From contig JBBFLE010000006.1 of NCBI GenBank assembly GCA_037481695.1, forward strand, positions 129,530 through 193,529: 64,000 bases of DNA. Direction: 5' to 3'. The notes under the pieces are model-generated. The model saw only the letters and a program-made list of their open reading frames with translations, was not told the DNA's origin and ran no database searches. Both the position numbers and the translations under genes were made by a program. The first letter of the stretch is position 1. Every line of letters starts with the position of its first letter. The DNA comes from a bacterium (GTDB taxonomy: Bacteria; Desulfobacterota; Desulfocorpusculales; Desulfocorpusculum). Shown one piece after another: positions 29,436-39,883 of the stretch.

Positions 29436-30485
29436 ATGTGGCGGCCTTGCGGTACCTTTGACGAGACCTATGAAAAGGACATGGCCATAGTGCGCACTCC
29501 TTTGCGTTGGGCAGTGCTCACGGCTTCCCTTGTTCTGACAGTTTTGTTGCCAGTGATCCTTCCTTATTATTTCATAAGTTTTATCAATAACTTAGCCATC
29601 ACGGTGATCCTGGTGATGGGGCTACAGATCGTCAGCGGTTACTGCGGTCAGATCTCTTTTGGGCAGGCTGCTTTCATGGCAGTGGGTGCTTACTCTGCTG
29701 CTATCTTCACCCAGAAGCTGGGCCTTTCTTTTTGGCTGGCCCTTCCTCTTTCAGGGATTTTTACGGGGCTCTTTGGACTGATAGGCGGAGCCCCCTCCTT
29801 GCGCATAAAAGGCTTTTACCTGGCTGTGGCCACCATAGCGGTCCACTTTGTCACCATGTGGCTAATCCTGCACTTGGAGATCACGGGCAGATCCCACGGA
29901 CTCATGGTAGAACCCCCGAGCCTGGCTGGCTTCTCATTCGACACTGATGAGAGAATGTTCTACATCATCATGCCTGTGATGATCTTGATGACCTACGGGG
30001 CCAGAAACCTGGTGAGAACCAAGGTGGGCAGAGCTTTTGTGGCGGTCAGGGACAATGATCTGGCTGCCCAGGTAATGGGCATAAATCTTTTTTATTACAA
30101 GCTGCTGGCATTCTTCATCTCCTGTTTTTATGCCGGTGTGGCCGGATGCCTCTGGGCTCATCTGACCTTGGTGGCCCACTTCGAGCAGTTCACCCTGCTG
30201 CATGCCTTGTGGTATATCGGCATGCTCATCGTGGGGGGCATGGGAAGCGTTCCAGGGGTGTTCTTTGGAGTGATCTTAATCAGGATCCTAGATGAGCTGG
30301 TCATGGTGGTCTCTCCTGTACTGGCTGCCTGGTTTCCTTGGTTGGGATCGGCCCCCGCAGCGGGCCTGGGGGTGACAGCATTCGGGTTGGTGCTGGCCCT
30401 TTTCCTCATTTGGGAACCCAGGGGTTTGGCCCATCGCTGGGAAATCCTGAAGGCTTCTTTAAGGCTTTACCCCTTTGCCCATTGA
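29436..30485 (+). CDS. livM: ABC transporter permease (LivM-like)
   Basis: 349 aa polytopic; follows livH by 4 bp. Confidence 0.85.
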   Translation: MWRPCGTFDETYEKDMAIVRTPLRWAVLTASLVLTVLLPVILPYYFISFINNLAITVILVMGLQIVSGYCGQISFGQAAFMAVGAYSAAIFTQKLGLSFWLALPLSGIFTGLFGLIGGAPSLRIKGFYLAVATIAVHFVTMWLILHLEITGRSHGLMVEPPSLAGFSFDTDERMFYIIMPVMILMTYGARNLVRTKVGRAFVAVRDNDLAAQVMGINLFYYKLLAFFISCFYAGVAGCLWAHLTLVAHFEQFTLLHALWYIGMLIVGGMGSVPGVFFGVILIRILDELVMVVSPVLAAWFPWLGSAPAAGLGVTAFGLVLALFLIWEPRGLAHRWEILKASLRLYPFAH

Positions 30486-30533
30486 AAGGTGTAGGCTGGG
30501 GGTAAGCAAAAAACCGGAAAGGAGGTAAAGAGC

Positions 30534-31751
30534 ATGAGGTCCCGAAAGAGTATTCTCTTCTTTTTGGCGGCACTGCTGGCCGTGGGTTGGGCTGGGTTGC
30601 CGGGTTGGAGCTGGGCCCGTGAGGTTGTGTTCCTGGATCTCACGGACTTCACCGGTCCCGTGGCGGGATTGGCCTTGCCCGGAAGCTTGGGGCTGGAGGA
30701 CTACATCAAGGATATAAATGCCAAAGGTGGTGTGCAGGGGGTAAAGGTCAAGTACATTGGGGTGGACACCAGATACGATGTGGCCAGAGGGCTCTCCTCC
30801 TTCAAGAGATATCGTAGGGACGAGGCGGTGTTGGCCATCAACATAGTAAGTACTCCCTTTGGGAAGGTACTTAAGGAGATAACTGCCAAGGAGAAGTTGG
30901 CAATAACCATTCCTGGGGATGGAGAGTACCAGGCGCATGTGGGGAATTTCTTTACATGGGGTCCCACCTATCAAGATGCCTTTGCTGCAGCAATGGACTG
31001 GGTCGCAGCAGACTGGAAGAAACAGGGCAAGAGTGGGAAGCCTTCTGTGGGACATTTGGCCTGGGATTCACCCTATGGTAGGGAGCCCCTTCGAGGCGGT
31101 AAAGAACATGCCGAGAAGATAGGAATCAATCTCTTGAACCCGGAGTTTTTCCCTTCGGGCACCCCAAAACATGATGTGTACCTGTCACGTTTGGAAGCCG
31201 CAGGGGCCAATTACATCTACGTGGCATGTGTTGATCCTGCCCCCACCAATGTGCTTCGGGATGCGGCAGCCATGGGGCTCAACAAGAAGATTCAGTTCAT
31301 AACCGATTATTGGGGCCCAACAGCCCTGGGGGTAGGCACCCACCCAGAGGCAGTGGAAGGGGCAGTCATAGTCTCCTTTTTCTTGAGGGGCGAAGAGGCA
31401 AAGAACCATCCCGTTACCAAAAGAATATGGACCACTTACCAGAAAGATCCTCTAGAGAAGATGAACGAGACATACGGCATGGGTATTGTTTGGGGAATGA
31501 CCTTTGAGGCTGCCCTCAAAGATGCCATCCAGAGGGTTGGGGTGGACAAGCTAACAAAGGAAGTCATTTTCGAGTCTTACCAGCGGCTCAATGGCATTAG
31601 CAGAGAAGGCATAACGGGTCCGTGCGCTTACAGCCCCGGTTCTCGCAGAGGGAGCCAGGAGGTGAAATTTTACAGGTGCAGCAAAGGCAAGATCGTTCCC
31701 ATAACGGACTGGGTGAAGACCCCGGATGCAGTTTCTCTTCACAAGTGGTGA
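30534..31751 (+). CDS. ABC transporter substrate-binding protein (LivK/type I periplasmic binding fold)
   Basis: 405 aa with signal peptide (LAVGWAGLPGWSWA). Confidence 0.8.
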   Translation: MRSRKSILFFLAALLAVGWAGLPGWSWAREVVFLDLTDFTGPVAGLALPGSLGLEDYIKDINAKGGVQGVKVKYIGVDTRYDVARGLSSFKRYRRDEAVLAINIVSTPFGKVLKEITAKEKLAITIPGDGEYQAHVGNFFTWGPTYQDAFAAAMDWVAADWKKQGKSGKPSVGHLAWDSPYGREPLRGGKEHAEKIGINLLNPEFFPSGTPKHDVYLSRLEAAGANYIYVACVDPAPTNVLRDAAAMGLNKKIQFITDYWGPTALGVGTHPEAVEGAVIVSFFLRGEEAKNHPVTKRIWTTYQKDPLEKMNETYGMGIVWGMTFEAALKDAIQRVGVDKLTKEVIFESYQRLNGISREGITGPCAYSPGSRRGSQEVKFYRCSKGKIVPITDWVKTPDAVSLHKW

Positions 31752-31795
31752 GATCTCTAATGCTTTCCACATGCTAAGGCACGGAGGACAAAGCC

Positions 31796-32290
31796 ATGAG
31801 ACATTTGAGCCAGTTACCTTACACGATCCAGGTGATCATGGTGTGTTTGAGCCTGGCCTTGGGAGGCTGTGCCACCATGGAGCCCGCCTCTACTGCCAAG
31901 CTTGAAGCAATGCCTCAAAAGGTGGTCATCTCCGCTGAGCTGCTTAAGTCTCCTCCTGCTTTCAAGGGATCGGGTTTCAAACCAGGAGAGGCGGTAACAG
32001 TGGACCTGATGATACCCAAGGGGGTCAAGATCAAGAGCGTTCCCGAAGGGGAACCATCCGTGGGAATCGCCTTCAGTAAAGCCAACGAGAAAGGCGAGTT
32101 CGAGGCCAAGATGGCCCCTACGGCCATTTTCAACTGGTTCCTGCAGGTGGAGTGGACGGCGGACGGGAAACCTGACATGAAAAAGGCCAGCCCCCTACCC
32201 CCAGGCACCTACCAGGTAAAGGCTCTGGGAGTGGAGTCGGACATCACAGGCACGACCAGCATAGAGATCGTGCATCCGCCCAAACAATAA
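31796..32290 (+). CDS. Small lipoprotein of unknown function embedded in the liv operon
   Basis: Lipobox LALGGC after the signal peptide; 164 aa; no recognisable domain. Confidence 0.5.
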   Translation: MRHLSQLPYTIQVIMVCLSLALGGCATMEPASTAKLEAMPQKVVISAELLKSPPAFKGSGFKPGEAVTVDLMIPKGVKIKSVPEGEPSVGIAFSKANEKGEFEAKMAPTAIFNWFLQVEWTADGKPDMKKASPLPPGTYQVKALGVESDITGTTSIEIVHPPKQ

Positions 32291-32320
32291 GAAGATCAGA
32301 CACCTCAGGGAGCCAGTTCT

Positions 32321-33115
32321 ATGCTCAGGCTCAACAACATAGAGGTCATCTATAGCGATGTGATCCTGGTGCTCAAAGGGGTTTCCTTGGAGGTGCCGGA
32401 GGGGAAGATAGTGGCCTTGCTGGGTGCCAATGGAGCCGGCAAGACCACTACCCTGAAGGCCATCTCAGGGGTGCTCAGAACCGAGCTGGGGGAAGTAACC
32501 GACGGCTCCATAGAGTTCGACGGCCTTCGCATAGACCGCATGGATCCAGAGGCCATAGTGCGCATGGGGATAGTCCAGGTCATGGAAGGCCGCCGTCTCT
32601 TCGAGCATCTCACTGTGGAGGAAAACCTGTTAGTAGGGGCATATGCCAGGACGGATCACGCTGGAATCAAGGCAGACTTGGAGAAGGTATATGAGTATTT
32701 CCCCAAACTCCTTCAGATGAAGCGGCGTACAAGCGGGTATCTCTCGGGAGGGGAAAGACAAATGCTGGTCATGGGCAGGGCACTGATGGCAAGGCCCAAG
32801 ATCATGCTTTTGGACGAGCCATCCTTGGGCCTGAGCCCTCTTCTGGTCAAGGAGATCTTCAAGCTCATCGGGGAGATAAACAGGCAGGAGAGGGTTTCCA
32901 TATTGCTTGTGGAGCAAAATGCCAGGATCGCCCTTGGGCTTTCTGATCACGGCTATGTGATGGAAAACGGTCGCATTGTGCTGGAGGGCCCATCTCAAAA
33001 GTTAAAGGAAAATGAGGATATCAAGGAGTTTTACCTAGGCTTGAGCGAACTTGGAAAGAGAAAGAGCTACAAGGAGGTCAAGCATTACAGGCGCAGGAAA
33101 AGGTGGCTGGCCTGA
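32321..33115 (+). CDS. livF: ABC transporter ATP-binding protein (LivF-like)
   Basis: Walker A GANGAGKTT, signature LSGGERQM, Walker B LLDEPSLGL. Confidence 0.85.
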   Translation: MLRLNNIEVIYSDVILVLKGVSLEVPEGKIVALLGANGAGKTTTLKAISGVLRTELGEVTDGSIEFDGLRIDRMDPEAIVRMGIVQVMEGRRLFEHLTVEENLLVGAYARTDHAGIKADLEKVYEYFPKLLQMKRRTSGYLSGGERQMLVMGRALMARPKIMLLDEPSLGLSPLLVKEIFKLIGEINRQERVSILLVEQNARIALGLSDHGYVMENGRIVLEGPSQKLKENEDIKEFYLGLSELGKRKSYKEVKHYRRRKRWLA

Positions 33116-33668
33116 TGAATAGATCCCATTTTCTTGGCCGGGGGCACCAGCCTAGACGAATCTGGCCTCAAGTACCTATGATGGCTAACACGTTTTTTTT
33201 CAGCCCGGTTTGGATCATGAGCCAGGGTTGGTGAGGTGAGGGGATAGAGCTCGAGGTCCCCTGTGTATTTGGTGAATTTCAGTTTGAAAAACTCCTTAGT
33301 TACCCTTTCGACAATACCTGTACCGAATCATTCACCAAGCCCTCTGCCTCTTGGGAATTACCCTATCCCATGGGGTATTAAGACACTTTCAAGTTTGAAC
33401 CTGGAGGTATCCCCAGAGAAAAATCCAAGGGGCATTGGAGCATCAGTGAGCTCATAATGCGATATCTTGAACCTAGGTAACATTACAAGGTGATTCCAAA
33501 ATATCCTAAGGTACCGAAAAGAAGTCCACAGATTTTGCAATGAGAGGTTAGAGGCCCCCAAAATACAGTTTTTACGTACAATACGGTTCAGGAGAGGGGT
33601 TGGGTTTCCAATAGCTCAGGGGTTGTCTTCAGCCAAGTCTCTTATGGATTAGCCAAGGAGCGAGGAGG

Positions 33669-34085
33669 ATGCTTTCCTGGACGAAGAAATTTGAAATGTT
33701 GGTGGTGCGAATTCTAATAGTGATGATGGGTATAGTGCTTTCCCTGGCAGTCATAGACTTGGGGTGGCTCATATTCAAGGACATACTTGAGTCTCGTTAT
33801 TTTCTTTTGAGTGTGGAGCAGCTTTTGGAATTGTTCGGACTCTTTCTCTTGGTCTTGATAGGGCTCGAGCTTCTGGAAACCGTCATGAAGACTTATATAA
33901 CTAAAGGCCAGCCTCATCATGAGGTTGTCCTGATAGTGGCCATAATAGCAGTGTCCCGAAAAATCATCATAATGGATCTGAAGCAGATGGATGCTCTGGT
34001 GCTGGGGGGAATAGCGTTTCTCGTAATAGGGCTTACGGTGGGTTACTTTCTCATGAAGAAAAGCAGTGCATGTGGAAAAGAATGA
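33669..34085 (+). CDS. psiE: PsiE-family (phosphate-starvation-inducible) membrane protein
   Basis: 138 aa, 4 TM helices, PsiE-like spacing; strong SD GGAGCGAGGAGG; sits in an AT-rich patch. Confidence 0.55.
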   Translation: MLSWTKKFEMLVVRILIVMMGIVLSLAVIDLGWLIFKDILESRYFLLSVEQLLELFGLFLLVLIGLELLETVMKTYITKGQPHHEVVLIVAIIAVSRKIIIMDLKQMDALVLGGIAFLVIGLTVGYFLMKKSSACGKE

Positions 34086-34297
34086 AAACTTAGTCCTTTC
34101 CAAAGGGAAGGTGTAAATTGCTCACATGATTTTTGGGGGAGAATTGGATAGAAAAGATGTGGGGTTGATTCAGTACAGGGAAGCCATAGTCTTGCAGAAG
34201 AGGATGACATAGGGCTTTGGAGTCTGGTGCGAGCTCAAAAAAAGGCACTGGGAAACTTAGCTGTCGAGGTACTAAGAAAGGCGGCTTTTGGCCGTAA

Positions 34298-37051
34298 TTG
34301 GAGCCAGGAGAGAAATTGATGGAAGAGTTGATTTGCAGACACTGTCACCAGATCCCCGCTGAGGAGGCCGCTCTTATTGTTGACACAGACCTAAACAGAG
34401 GTCTTTCCCTTTTCGAAGTAAAACGGCGCCAGCAACATTTTGGCCCCAACGTGGTGAGCGAGAAAAAAGGCCGGGGGCTCCTAGCTAAGTTCTTGCTACA
34501 GTTCCATCAACCCCTGGTTTACATATTGTTGGTGGCTGTGGGAGTCACGGGTCTTTTGCAGGAATGGGTGGATGCCATGGTGATTCTGGCCGTGGTGCTG
34601 GCCAATGCAGTGGTGGGGTTCATTCAGGAATCCAAGGCTGAAAAGGCCCTGGAGTCTCTAAAGAAGATGGTTACGACCGAGGCCACCGTGGTCAGAGATG
34701 GAAAAAGGCTGCGGCTGGCCTCTGCAGAGCTGGTGCCAGGAGACATTGTGGTTCTGCAGTCTGGAGACAGGGTTCCGGCTGATATCCGCCTCCATAGGGT
34801 TAAAGAGCTTCAGGTGGACGAGTCGGCTTTGACAGGGGAGTCCGTGCCTGTGGAGAAAACATCTGTGGTACTGGCTCCTGAGACCGTCTTGGCAGACAGA
34901 CGCAACATGGCCTATGCAGGCACCATGGTCACATCCGGACAGGCCGAGGGAATAGTCATTGCCACAGGAGACCACACAGAGGCCGGCCGCATATCCAAGC
35001 TCATATCTGAGACTGAGAGTTTGGCCACTCCCTTGACCAGGAAGATTGCAACCTTCAGCAAATTTCTCCTGTTCGTGATCCTGGGGCTGGCAGGTTTTAC
35101 ATTCCTGGTGGGCTGGATGAGAGGAGAGCCTGCCTTGGACATGTTCATGGCAGCCGTGGCACTGGCCGTAGGGGCCATACCCGAGGGGCTTCCGGCAGCC
35201 CTCACCATAACTCTGGCCATAGGAGTAAAGAGGATGGCCAGGAGGAGGGCTGTCATTAGAAAGTTACCTGCTGTTGAGACCTTGGGAAGCACTACCGTAA
35301 TCTGTTCAGATAAGACCGGCACACTCACAGAGAACCAGATGACGGTCCAGGAGATCTGGGCAGCAGGGGTCCTTTATGGTGTAACCGGGACGGGTTATGA
35401 GCCAAAAGGCCAGATCTTGCAAGGAGACCGACAGGCAGAGTGGCTAGAGTTTTCTGCCCTTTCCCAATGTGTGACAGCAGGACTCCTGTGCAATGACTCT
35501 CAACTGCAGCATGAAGATGGTCGCTGGACTGTACAGGGAGATCCCACCGAGGGGGCTCTCATAGTTGCAGCCAGAAAGTTGGGCCTCTCTGAAGAACAAG
35601 TCAAAGAGAGGCTGCCTCGAGTAGACGTGATTCCTTTTGAGTCGGAAAGGCAATACATGGCCACCCTCCACAGCCCAGCCGGAAGCCAGGAGACCTTGAT
35701 ATATGTGAAGGGCGCTGTGGAGAAGGTCCTGGAGCGTTGCTCTCAGCAGCTCGGTGCCCATGGAAACATAGAATTGCTAGAGAGCAGATCTATCCTTGAT
35801 GCTGCAAATGAGATGGCAGCGCGGGGCTTGCGGGTGTTGGCCTTTGCAAGAAAGACTTGTGCGGACTGCCATGTGAAGTTCGGCCATCAGGACGTGGCCT
35901 CAGACCTCATATTCCTGGGGCTTCAGGGCATGATAGACCCTCCTCGCAGGGAGGTGATCCAGGCAGTGGAGGAGTGCAAGGGGGCCGGGATCCGCGTGAA
36001 GATGATCACCGGAGACCACGCCTTGACTGCAACGGCCATAGCCCAGGAGATAGGACTCACAGACCCTGGGGATGGGAGCAAGGCTGTAACCGGAGCAACA
36101 CTTTCTAAGCTTACAGATGAAGAGCTCATAGATGTGGTAGATAATCATCATGTCTTTGCACGAGTTGCTCCTGAACAAAAGCTAAGACTGGTGGAGGCCT
36201 TACAGGAGAGGGGAAATATCGTGGCCATGACAGGAGATGGGGTCAACGACGCCCCAGCTCTCAAGAAGGCCGACATAGGCATTGCCATGGGTATCACAGG
36301 CACAGACGTGGCCAAAGCAACGGCCGACATGGTTCTAACCGATGACAATTTTGCCACCATAGTGGCCGCGGTAGAAGAAGGGCGGAGACTTTTCGACAAC
36401 CTGGTCAAGTTCATAACCTGGACCCTTCCCACCAATGGAGGGGAGGGACTTGTGATACTCGTGTCCATATTGCTGGGAGCGGCTCTGCCCATACTGCCTG
36501 TTCAGATACTTTGGATAAACATGACCACGGCGGTACTGCTGGGTCTCACCCTGGCCTTTGAGCCCATGGAACCGGATGTTATGAAGAGGCCACCCAGGGA
36601 TCCCAAGGCCTCCATTTTGTCAGGCGTGCTGCTTTGGCGTGTGGTTCTGGTAAGTGGTATTCTGCTGGCTGGGGCCTTCGGGCTTTTTGTCATGGAAAAG
36701 AAAATGGGGGCCGATGTGGCCCAAGCCCGTACCGTGGCCGTGAATGTTTTCGTGATGGTGGAACTCTTTTACTTGTTTAATTGCCGCTCCTTGAGCAGTT
36801 CCATGTGGAGCCTGGGGCCTTTGTCCAATCCATGGGTAATTGTGGGATGCGTTGGGATGATGCTGGCCCAGCTTCTTTTCACATATGCTCCTTTCATGAA
36901 CTCGCTTTTCCACAGTGCTCCCATGGGGTTGGATTCCTGGGGCAGGGTTTTGCTTGTGGCTGTGGCGGGCTATATGATTGTGGAGGCGGAAAAGGGGATT
37001 CGCAGGAAACTCTCCCCAAAGGTAGCCCCTGCTGTAAAGACTAGCTATTAG
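34298..37051 (+). CDS. P-type cation-transporting ATPase (P2-type Ca2+/Mg2+-ATPase)
   Basis: 917 aa; DKTGTLT phosphorylation site, TGES, MTGDGVNDAPAL, 10 TM helices. Confidence 0.9.
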   Translation: MEPGEKLMEELICRHCHQIPAEEAALIVDTDLNRGLSLFEVKRRQQHFGPNVVSEKKGRGLLAKFLLQFHQPLVYILLVAVGVTGLLQEWVDAMVILAVVLANAVVGFIQESKAEKALESLKKMVTTEATVVRDGKRLRLASAELVPGDIVVLQSGDRVPADIRLHRVKELQVDESALTGESVPVEKTSVVLAPETVLADRRNMAYAGTMVTSGQAEGIVIATGDHTEAGRISKLISETESLATPLTRKIATFSKFLLFVILGLAGFTFLVGWMRGEPALDMFMAAVALAVGAIPEGLPAALTITLAIGVKRMARRRAVIRKLPAVETLGSTTVICSDKTGTLTENQMTVQEIWAAGVLYGVTGTGYEPKGQILQGDRQAEWLEFSALSQCVTAGLLCNDSQLQHEDGRWTVQGDPTEGALIVAARKLGLSEEQVKERLPRVDVIPFESERQYMATLHSPAGSQETLIYVKGAVEKVLERCSQQLGAHGNIELLESRSILDAANEMAARGLRVLAFARKTCADCHVKFGHQDVASDLIFLGLQGMIDPPRREVIQAVEECKGAGIRVKMITGDHALTATAIAQEIGLTDPGDGSKAVTGATLSKLTDEELIDVVDNHHVFARVAPEQKLRLVEALQERGNIVAMTGDGVNDAPALKKADIGIAMGITGTDVAKATADMVLTDDNFATIVAAVEEGRRLFDNLVKFITWTLPTNGGEGLVILVSILLGAALPILPVQILWINMTTAVLLGLTLAFEPMEPDVMKRPPRDPKASILSGVLLWRVVLVSGILLAGAFGLFVMEKKMGADVAQARTVAVNVFVMVELFYLFNCRSLSSSMWSLGPLSNPWVIVGCVGMMLAQLLFTYAPFMNSLFHSAPMGLDSWGRVLLVAVAGYMIVEAEKGIRRKLSPKVAPAVKTSY

Positions 37052-37086
37052 CCAGCCAGAGCTGAAAAAAGTCATGGATGTTGCGG

Positions 37087-37116
37087 TTGACCCACCGGGG
37101 CATTGTGAAGGATAAT
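37087..37116 (+). promoter_or_regulatory. sigma70-like promoter candidate for the rpmH operon (TTGACC, 18 bp spacer, GATAAT)
   Basis: Read directly: ttgacc-caccggggcattgtgaag-gataat about 40 bp upstream of rpmH. Confidence 0.35.
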
Positions 37117-37153
37117 AAAAAATTCCAATTCTCTGAAGAAGAGGGTATGAGAT

Positions 37154-37288
37154 ATGAAGCGTACATTTCAGCCCAACAATCTTCGTCGCAAGCGGACCCA
37201 CGGCTTCAGGGTGCGCATGCGCACTCGTGGTGGAAGAGCAGTGCTCAGCAGAAGGCGCGCCAAGGGCAGAAAGCGCCTGAGTGTGTGA
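37154..37288 (+). CDS. rpmH: 50S ribosomal protein L34 (44 aa; below the ORF-track length cutoff)
   Basis: Translated by eye: [44 protein letters not shown]; SD GAGGG 8 nt upstream. Confidence 0.9.
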   Translation: MKRTFQPNNLRRKRTHGFRVRMRTRGGRAVLSRRRAKGRKRLSV

Positions 37289-37321
37289 TGGAAAGTGGGG
37301 GACATCACTCAAAAGAGCCCC

Positions 37322-37672
37322 ATGGATCTTCCCAAAGAGCGCCGAATACGCTTACCCGTGGAATTTCGAAGGGTCATGAAACGGGGAAGGGCTTTCGAGG
37401 CGGAGCACCTTGTGATTCTGGCCCTGCCCAATTCCATGGGAAGGGCCAGGCTGGGTGTGTCCATACGGCGTAAGGTGTGCGGTTCGGTTTGTCGCAATCG
37501 CCTCAAGCGTTGGATAAGGGAGTCTTTCAGGACCGAGGTTGGACTTCGCCAGCTGCCTCTGGATGTGGTGGTGGTGGTTCGCAGGGCAGGAGCCGGACTT
37601 GGATTTAAGGAGATAAAGGCCGCTTTCCAGGCTTTCACAAGACTTCAGGGAAGAAAGCTTTGCGCTGGCTGA
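37322..37672 (+). CDS. rnpA: RNase P protein component (alternative GTG start at 37295)
   Basis: Basic RnpA signature ([16 protein letters not shown]...[10 protein letters not shown]). Confidence 0.85.
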   Translation: MDLPKERRIRLPVEFRRVMKRGRAFEAEHLVILALPNSMGRARLGVSIRRKVCGSVCRNRLKRWIRESFRTEVGLRQLPLDVVVVVRRAGAGLGFKEIKAAFQAFTRLQGRKLCAG

Positions 37673-37869
37673 TCATAGGGATGGTCCTTGTATACCAAAG
37701 GCTTGTGTCGCCTTTGCTGCCCCCCACTTGCAGGTTCTATCCAAGCTGTTCCGAGTATACGAGGCAATGTGTAGCCAAGTACGGTGTTCTCAAGGGGTCT
37801 TGGCTGGGGGCCAGGAGGCTTATGAAATGCCATCCATTGCATCCAGGAGGGTTGGATCCAGTCCCCTAA
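37660..37869 (+). CDS. yidD: Membrane protein insertion efficiency factor YidD
   Basis: [22 protein letters not shown] motif; overlaps rnpA by 13 nt. Confidence 0.9.
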   Translation: MRWLIIGMVLVYQRLVSPLLPPTCRFYPSCSEYTRQCVAKYGVLKGSWLGARRLMKCHPLHPGGLDPVP

Positions 37870-38158
37870 AAGCAAGTCCCCAGCTTTGACTGCTTTTAGA
37901 CTAGGTAAAGACCCTGGTGGCATGAGTTGAGATTGACCAGCCCAGATGAATCCCAAGCAAGGAAGAGCTTGGGGGGGCTTAGGTTCTAAAAATCTGGCAG
38001 TATTAGTAAAAGGCGCGGGTCAGCTCTTGGGATAAGATCCGAAGCAGGTCAACCCATCACCTTTGCAGACCAGAAAACTTCTGGGTGATTTGGCACAGCA
38101 CCCAAGAGTCAGCTGATCTGAAAATAATCCTGGCTGGGCCGGGCAAGAGGTATAGGAA

Positions 38159-39793
38159 ATGGAAAAAAGGGCATTACTGGCCTTCTTACTGTCGGTCGCG
38201 ATTTTAACCATCTGGAGTTACTGGTTTGTGCCACAACCTCAGCCTCCTGTGCCTGAAGAAAGGCCCGGGCAGCTCCAGGGCACAGAAGAACAACCAAGAG
38301 TTTTTACACCCCAGAAGGCTCCCATGCCAGAACCTTTGCTTCCCCAGGCCCAGATGGGCCATGAGGCCCTGCAAGATAAGACCGTGAGGGTGGAGACTCC
38401 ATTTTACGTGGCCCTCATTGGGGCCCGCGGGGCTGCACTTGAGAGCTGGCAATTGAAAAGATACAGGGAATCGCTTCCGCCAGATGCACCACCCATAGAA
38501 CTGATTCGAGGTGAAAAGGGAGAAAGGGGCCTGGAACTGGCCTTTGAACAGCTGGATGGGGCCAGAATCAACAATTCCATATTTCGTTTTGATCAGGACC
38601 TGGTAACCATCAATCAACCCAATGAAAAGGCTGTACTCAAAGCAACATTGCCTTTGTCAGAAGGAGGAGTGTTACTCAAGGAGTTCACTTTCTATGGTGA
38701 CAGATACTCTGTGGACATGAATGTGTCGGTCTGCGACTCCCAGGGGCGGCCCCTGGCCAGTAAGATGGGCCTTGTGATTACTCATCTGGCCTCCAGGATC
38801 TCCTCCTCCTCTACCTCTTTTTCAGGCCCGGTGGCTCTGAGTTCCCACGGCCTGGAAGAGTTGGGAGACCTGGAGAAGGTTATGGGCAAGCCCATGGATG
38901 TGCGGTGGGGAGGTTTTGCCCAGCAGTATTTCATTTTTGCGGCCGTGCCCCAGGCTCCTGGTCGCCATGATCTGGTTCTGGAAAAAAAGGATGACAAGGT
39001 ACGTTTGAGCCTGTGGCAAGGGGCCTCAACACAAGATGGTTGCCAGCACCCATTTCGTATTTACCTGGGCCCCAAGTCCATCGAGGATCTAAAACTTGCG
39101 GGGGAGGATCTGGACAAGGCTCTTCACCTGGGTTTCTTCGACGTGATCGCCAGGCCTCTCCTTCTGGCCATGAAGTTCATCAATGATTACACCCACAATT
39201 ACGGAATAGCCATAATAGTGCTCACCATAGTCATCAAGCTTCTTTTTTGGCCTCTTACCCACAAGAGCTACGCCTCTATGAAGGAAATGCAGAGAATCCA
39301 GCCTCGTATCAAGCAAATAAGGGAGAGATTCAAGAACGACCGGGAACAGATGAATCGTGAAATGATGCTTCTGTACAAGACTCACAAAGTAAACCCTCTG
39401 GGGGGATGCCTTCCCATGGTGCTTCAGATTCCGGTTTTCTTTGCCCTTTACAAAGCACTCCTGGACTCTATTGAGCTGAGGCACGCCCCCTTCATATTCT
39501 GGGTGAAGGACCTTTCAGCACCCGATTACCTGCTGCGCTTCCCTTCGGGATTTAGCTTCTTTGGAATTGAGGGTATAGGACCTTTGCCTCTTCTGATGGG
39601 GGCTTCCATGGTGATTCAGCAAAAAATGACTCCCACCATGGGTGATCCTACCCAGGCCAAGGTCATGATGCTCATGCCCATCTTTTTTACCTTCCTGTTC
39701 ATCTCCTTTCCATCGGGCCTGGTGTTATACTGGTTGATAAACAACGTGCTGTCCATCGTGCAGCAAATCTACATAAATTCCAGGGTGGAGTAA
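38159..39793 (+). CDS. yidC: Membrane protein insertase YidC
   Basis: 544 aa; N-terminal TM, large periplasmic domain, conserved C-terminal 5-TM core. Confidence 0.9.
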   Translation: MEKRALLAFLLSVAILTIWSYWFVPQPQPPVPEERPGQLQGTEEQPRVFTPQKAPMPEPLLPQAQMGHEALQDKTVRVETPFYVALIGARGAALESWQLKRYRESLPPDAPPIELIRGEKGERGLELAFEQLDGARINNSIFRFDQDLVTINQPNEKAVLKATLPLSEGGVLLKEFTFYGDRYSVDMNVSVCDSQGRPLASKMGLVITHLASRISSSSTSFSGPVALSSHGLEELGDLEKVMGKPMDVRWGGFAQQYFIFAAVPQAPGRHDLVLEKKDDKVRLSLWQGASTQDGCQHPFRIYLGPKSIEDLKLAGEDLDKALHLGFFDVIARPLLLAMKFINDYTHNYGIAIIVLTIVIKLLFWPLTHKSYASMKEMQRIQPRIKQIRERFKNDREQMNREMMLLYKTHKVNPLGGCLPMVLQIPVFFALYKALLDSIELRHAPFIFWVKDLSAPDYLLRFPSGFSFFGIEGIGPLPLLMGASMVIQQKMTPTMGDPTQAKVMMLMPIFFTFLFISFPSGLVLYWLINNVLSIVQQIYINSRVE

Positions 39794-39883
39794 GATCCAA
39801 GGATTCCTGGCGGGTGTGGGGGCCACGTGATGCTGGTGGCCCCAGGCCTGCACTTGCCGGGAAGCACTATGGAGAGAAGCTCT

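Noticed and set aside
33596-33650. tRNA-like fragment (ccaaTAGCTCAGGGGTTGtcttcagcc) upstream of psiE
   Set aside because: Only a D-arm-like TAGCTCAG motif; no acceptor, anticodon or T arms could be folded, so not a tRNA gene. It could at most be a decayed remnant
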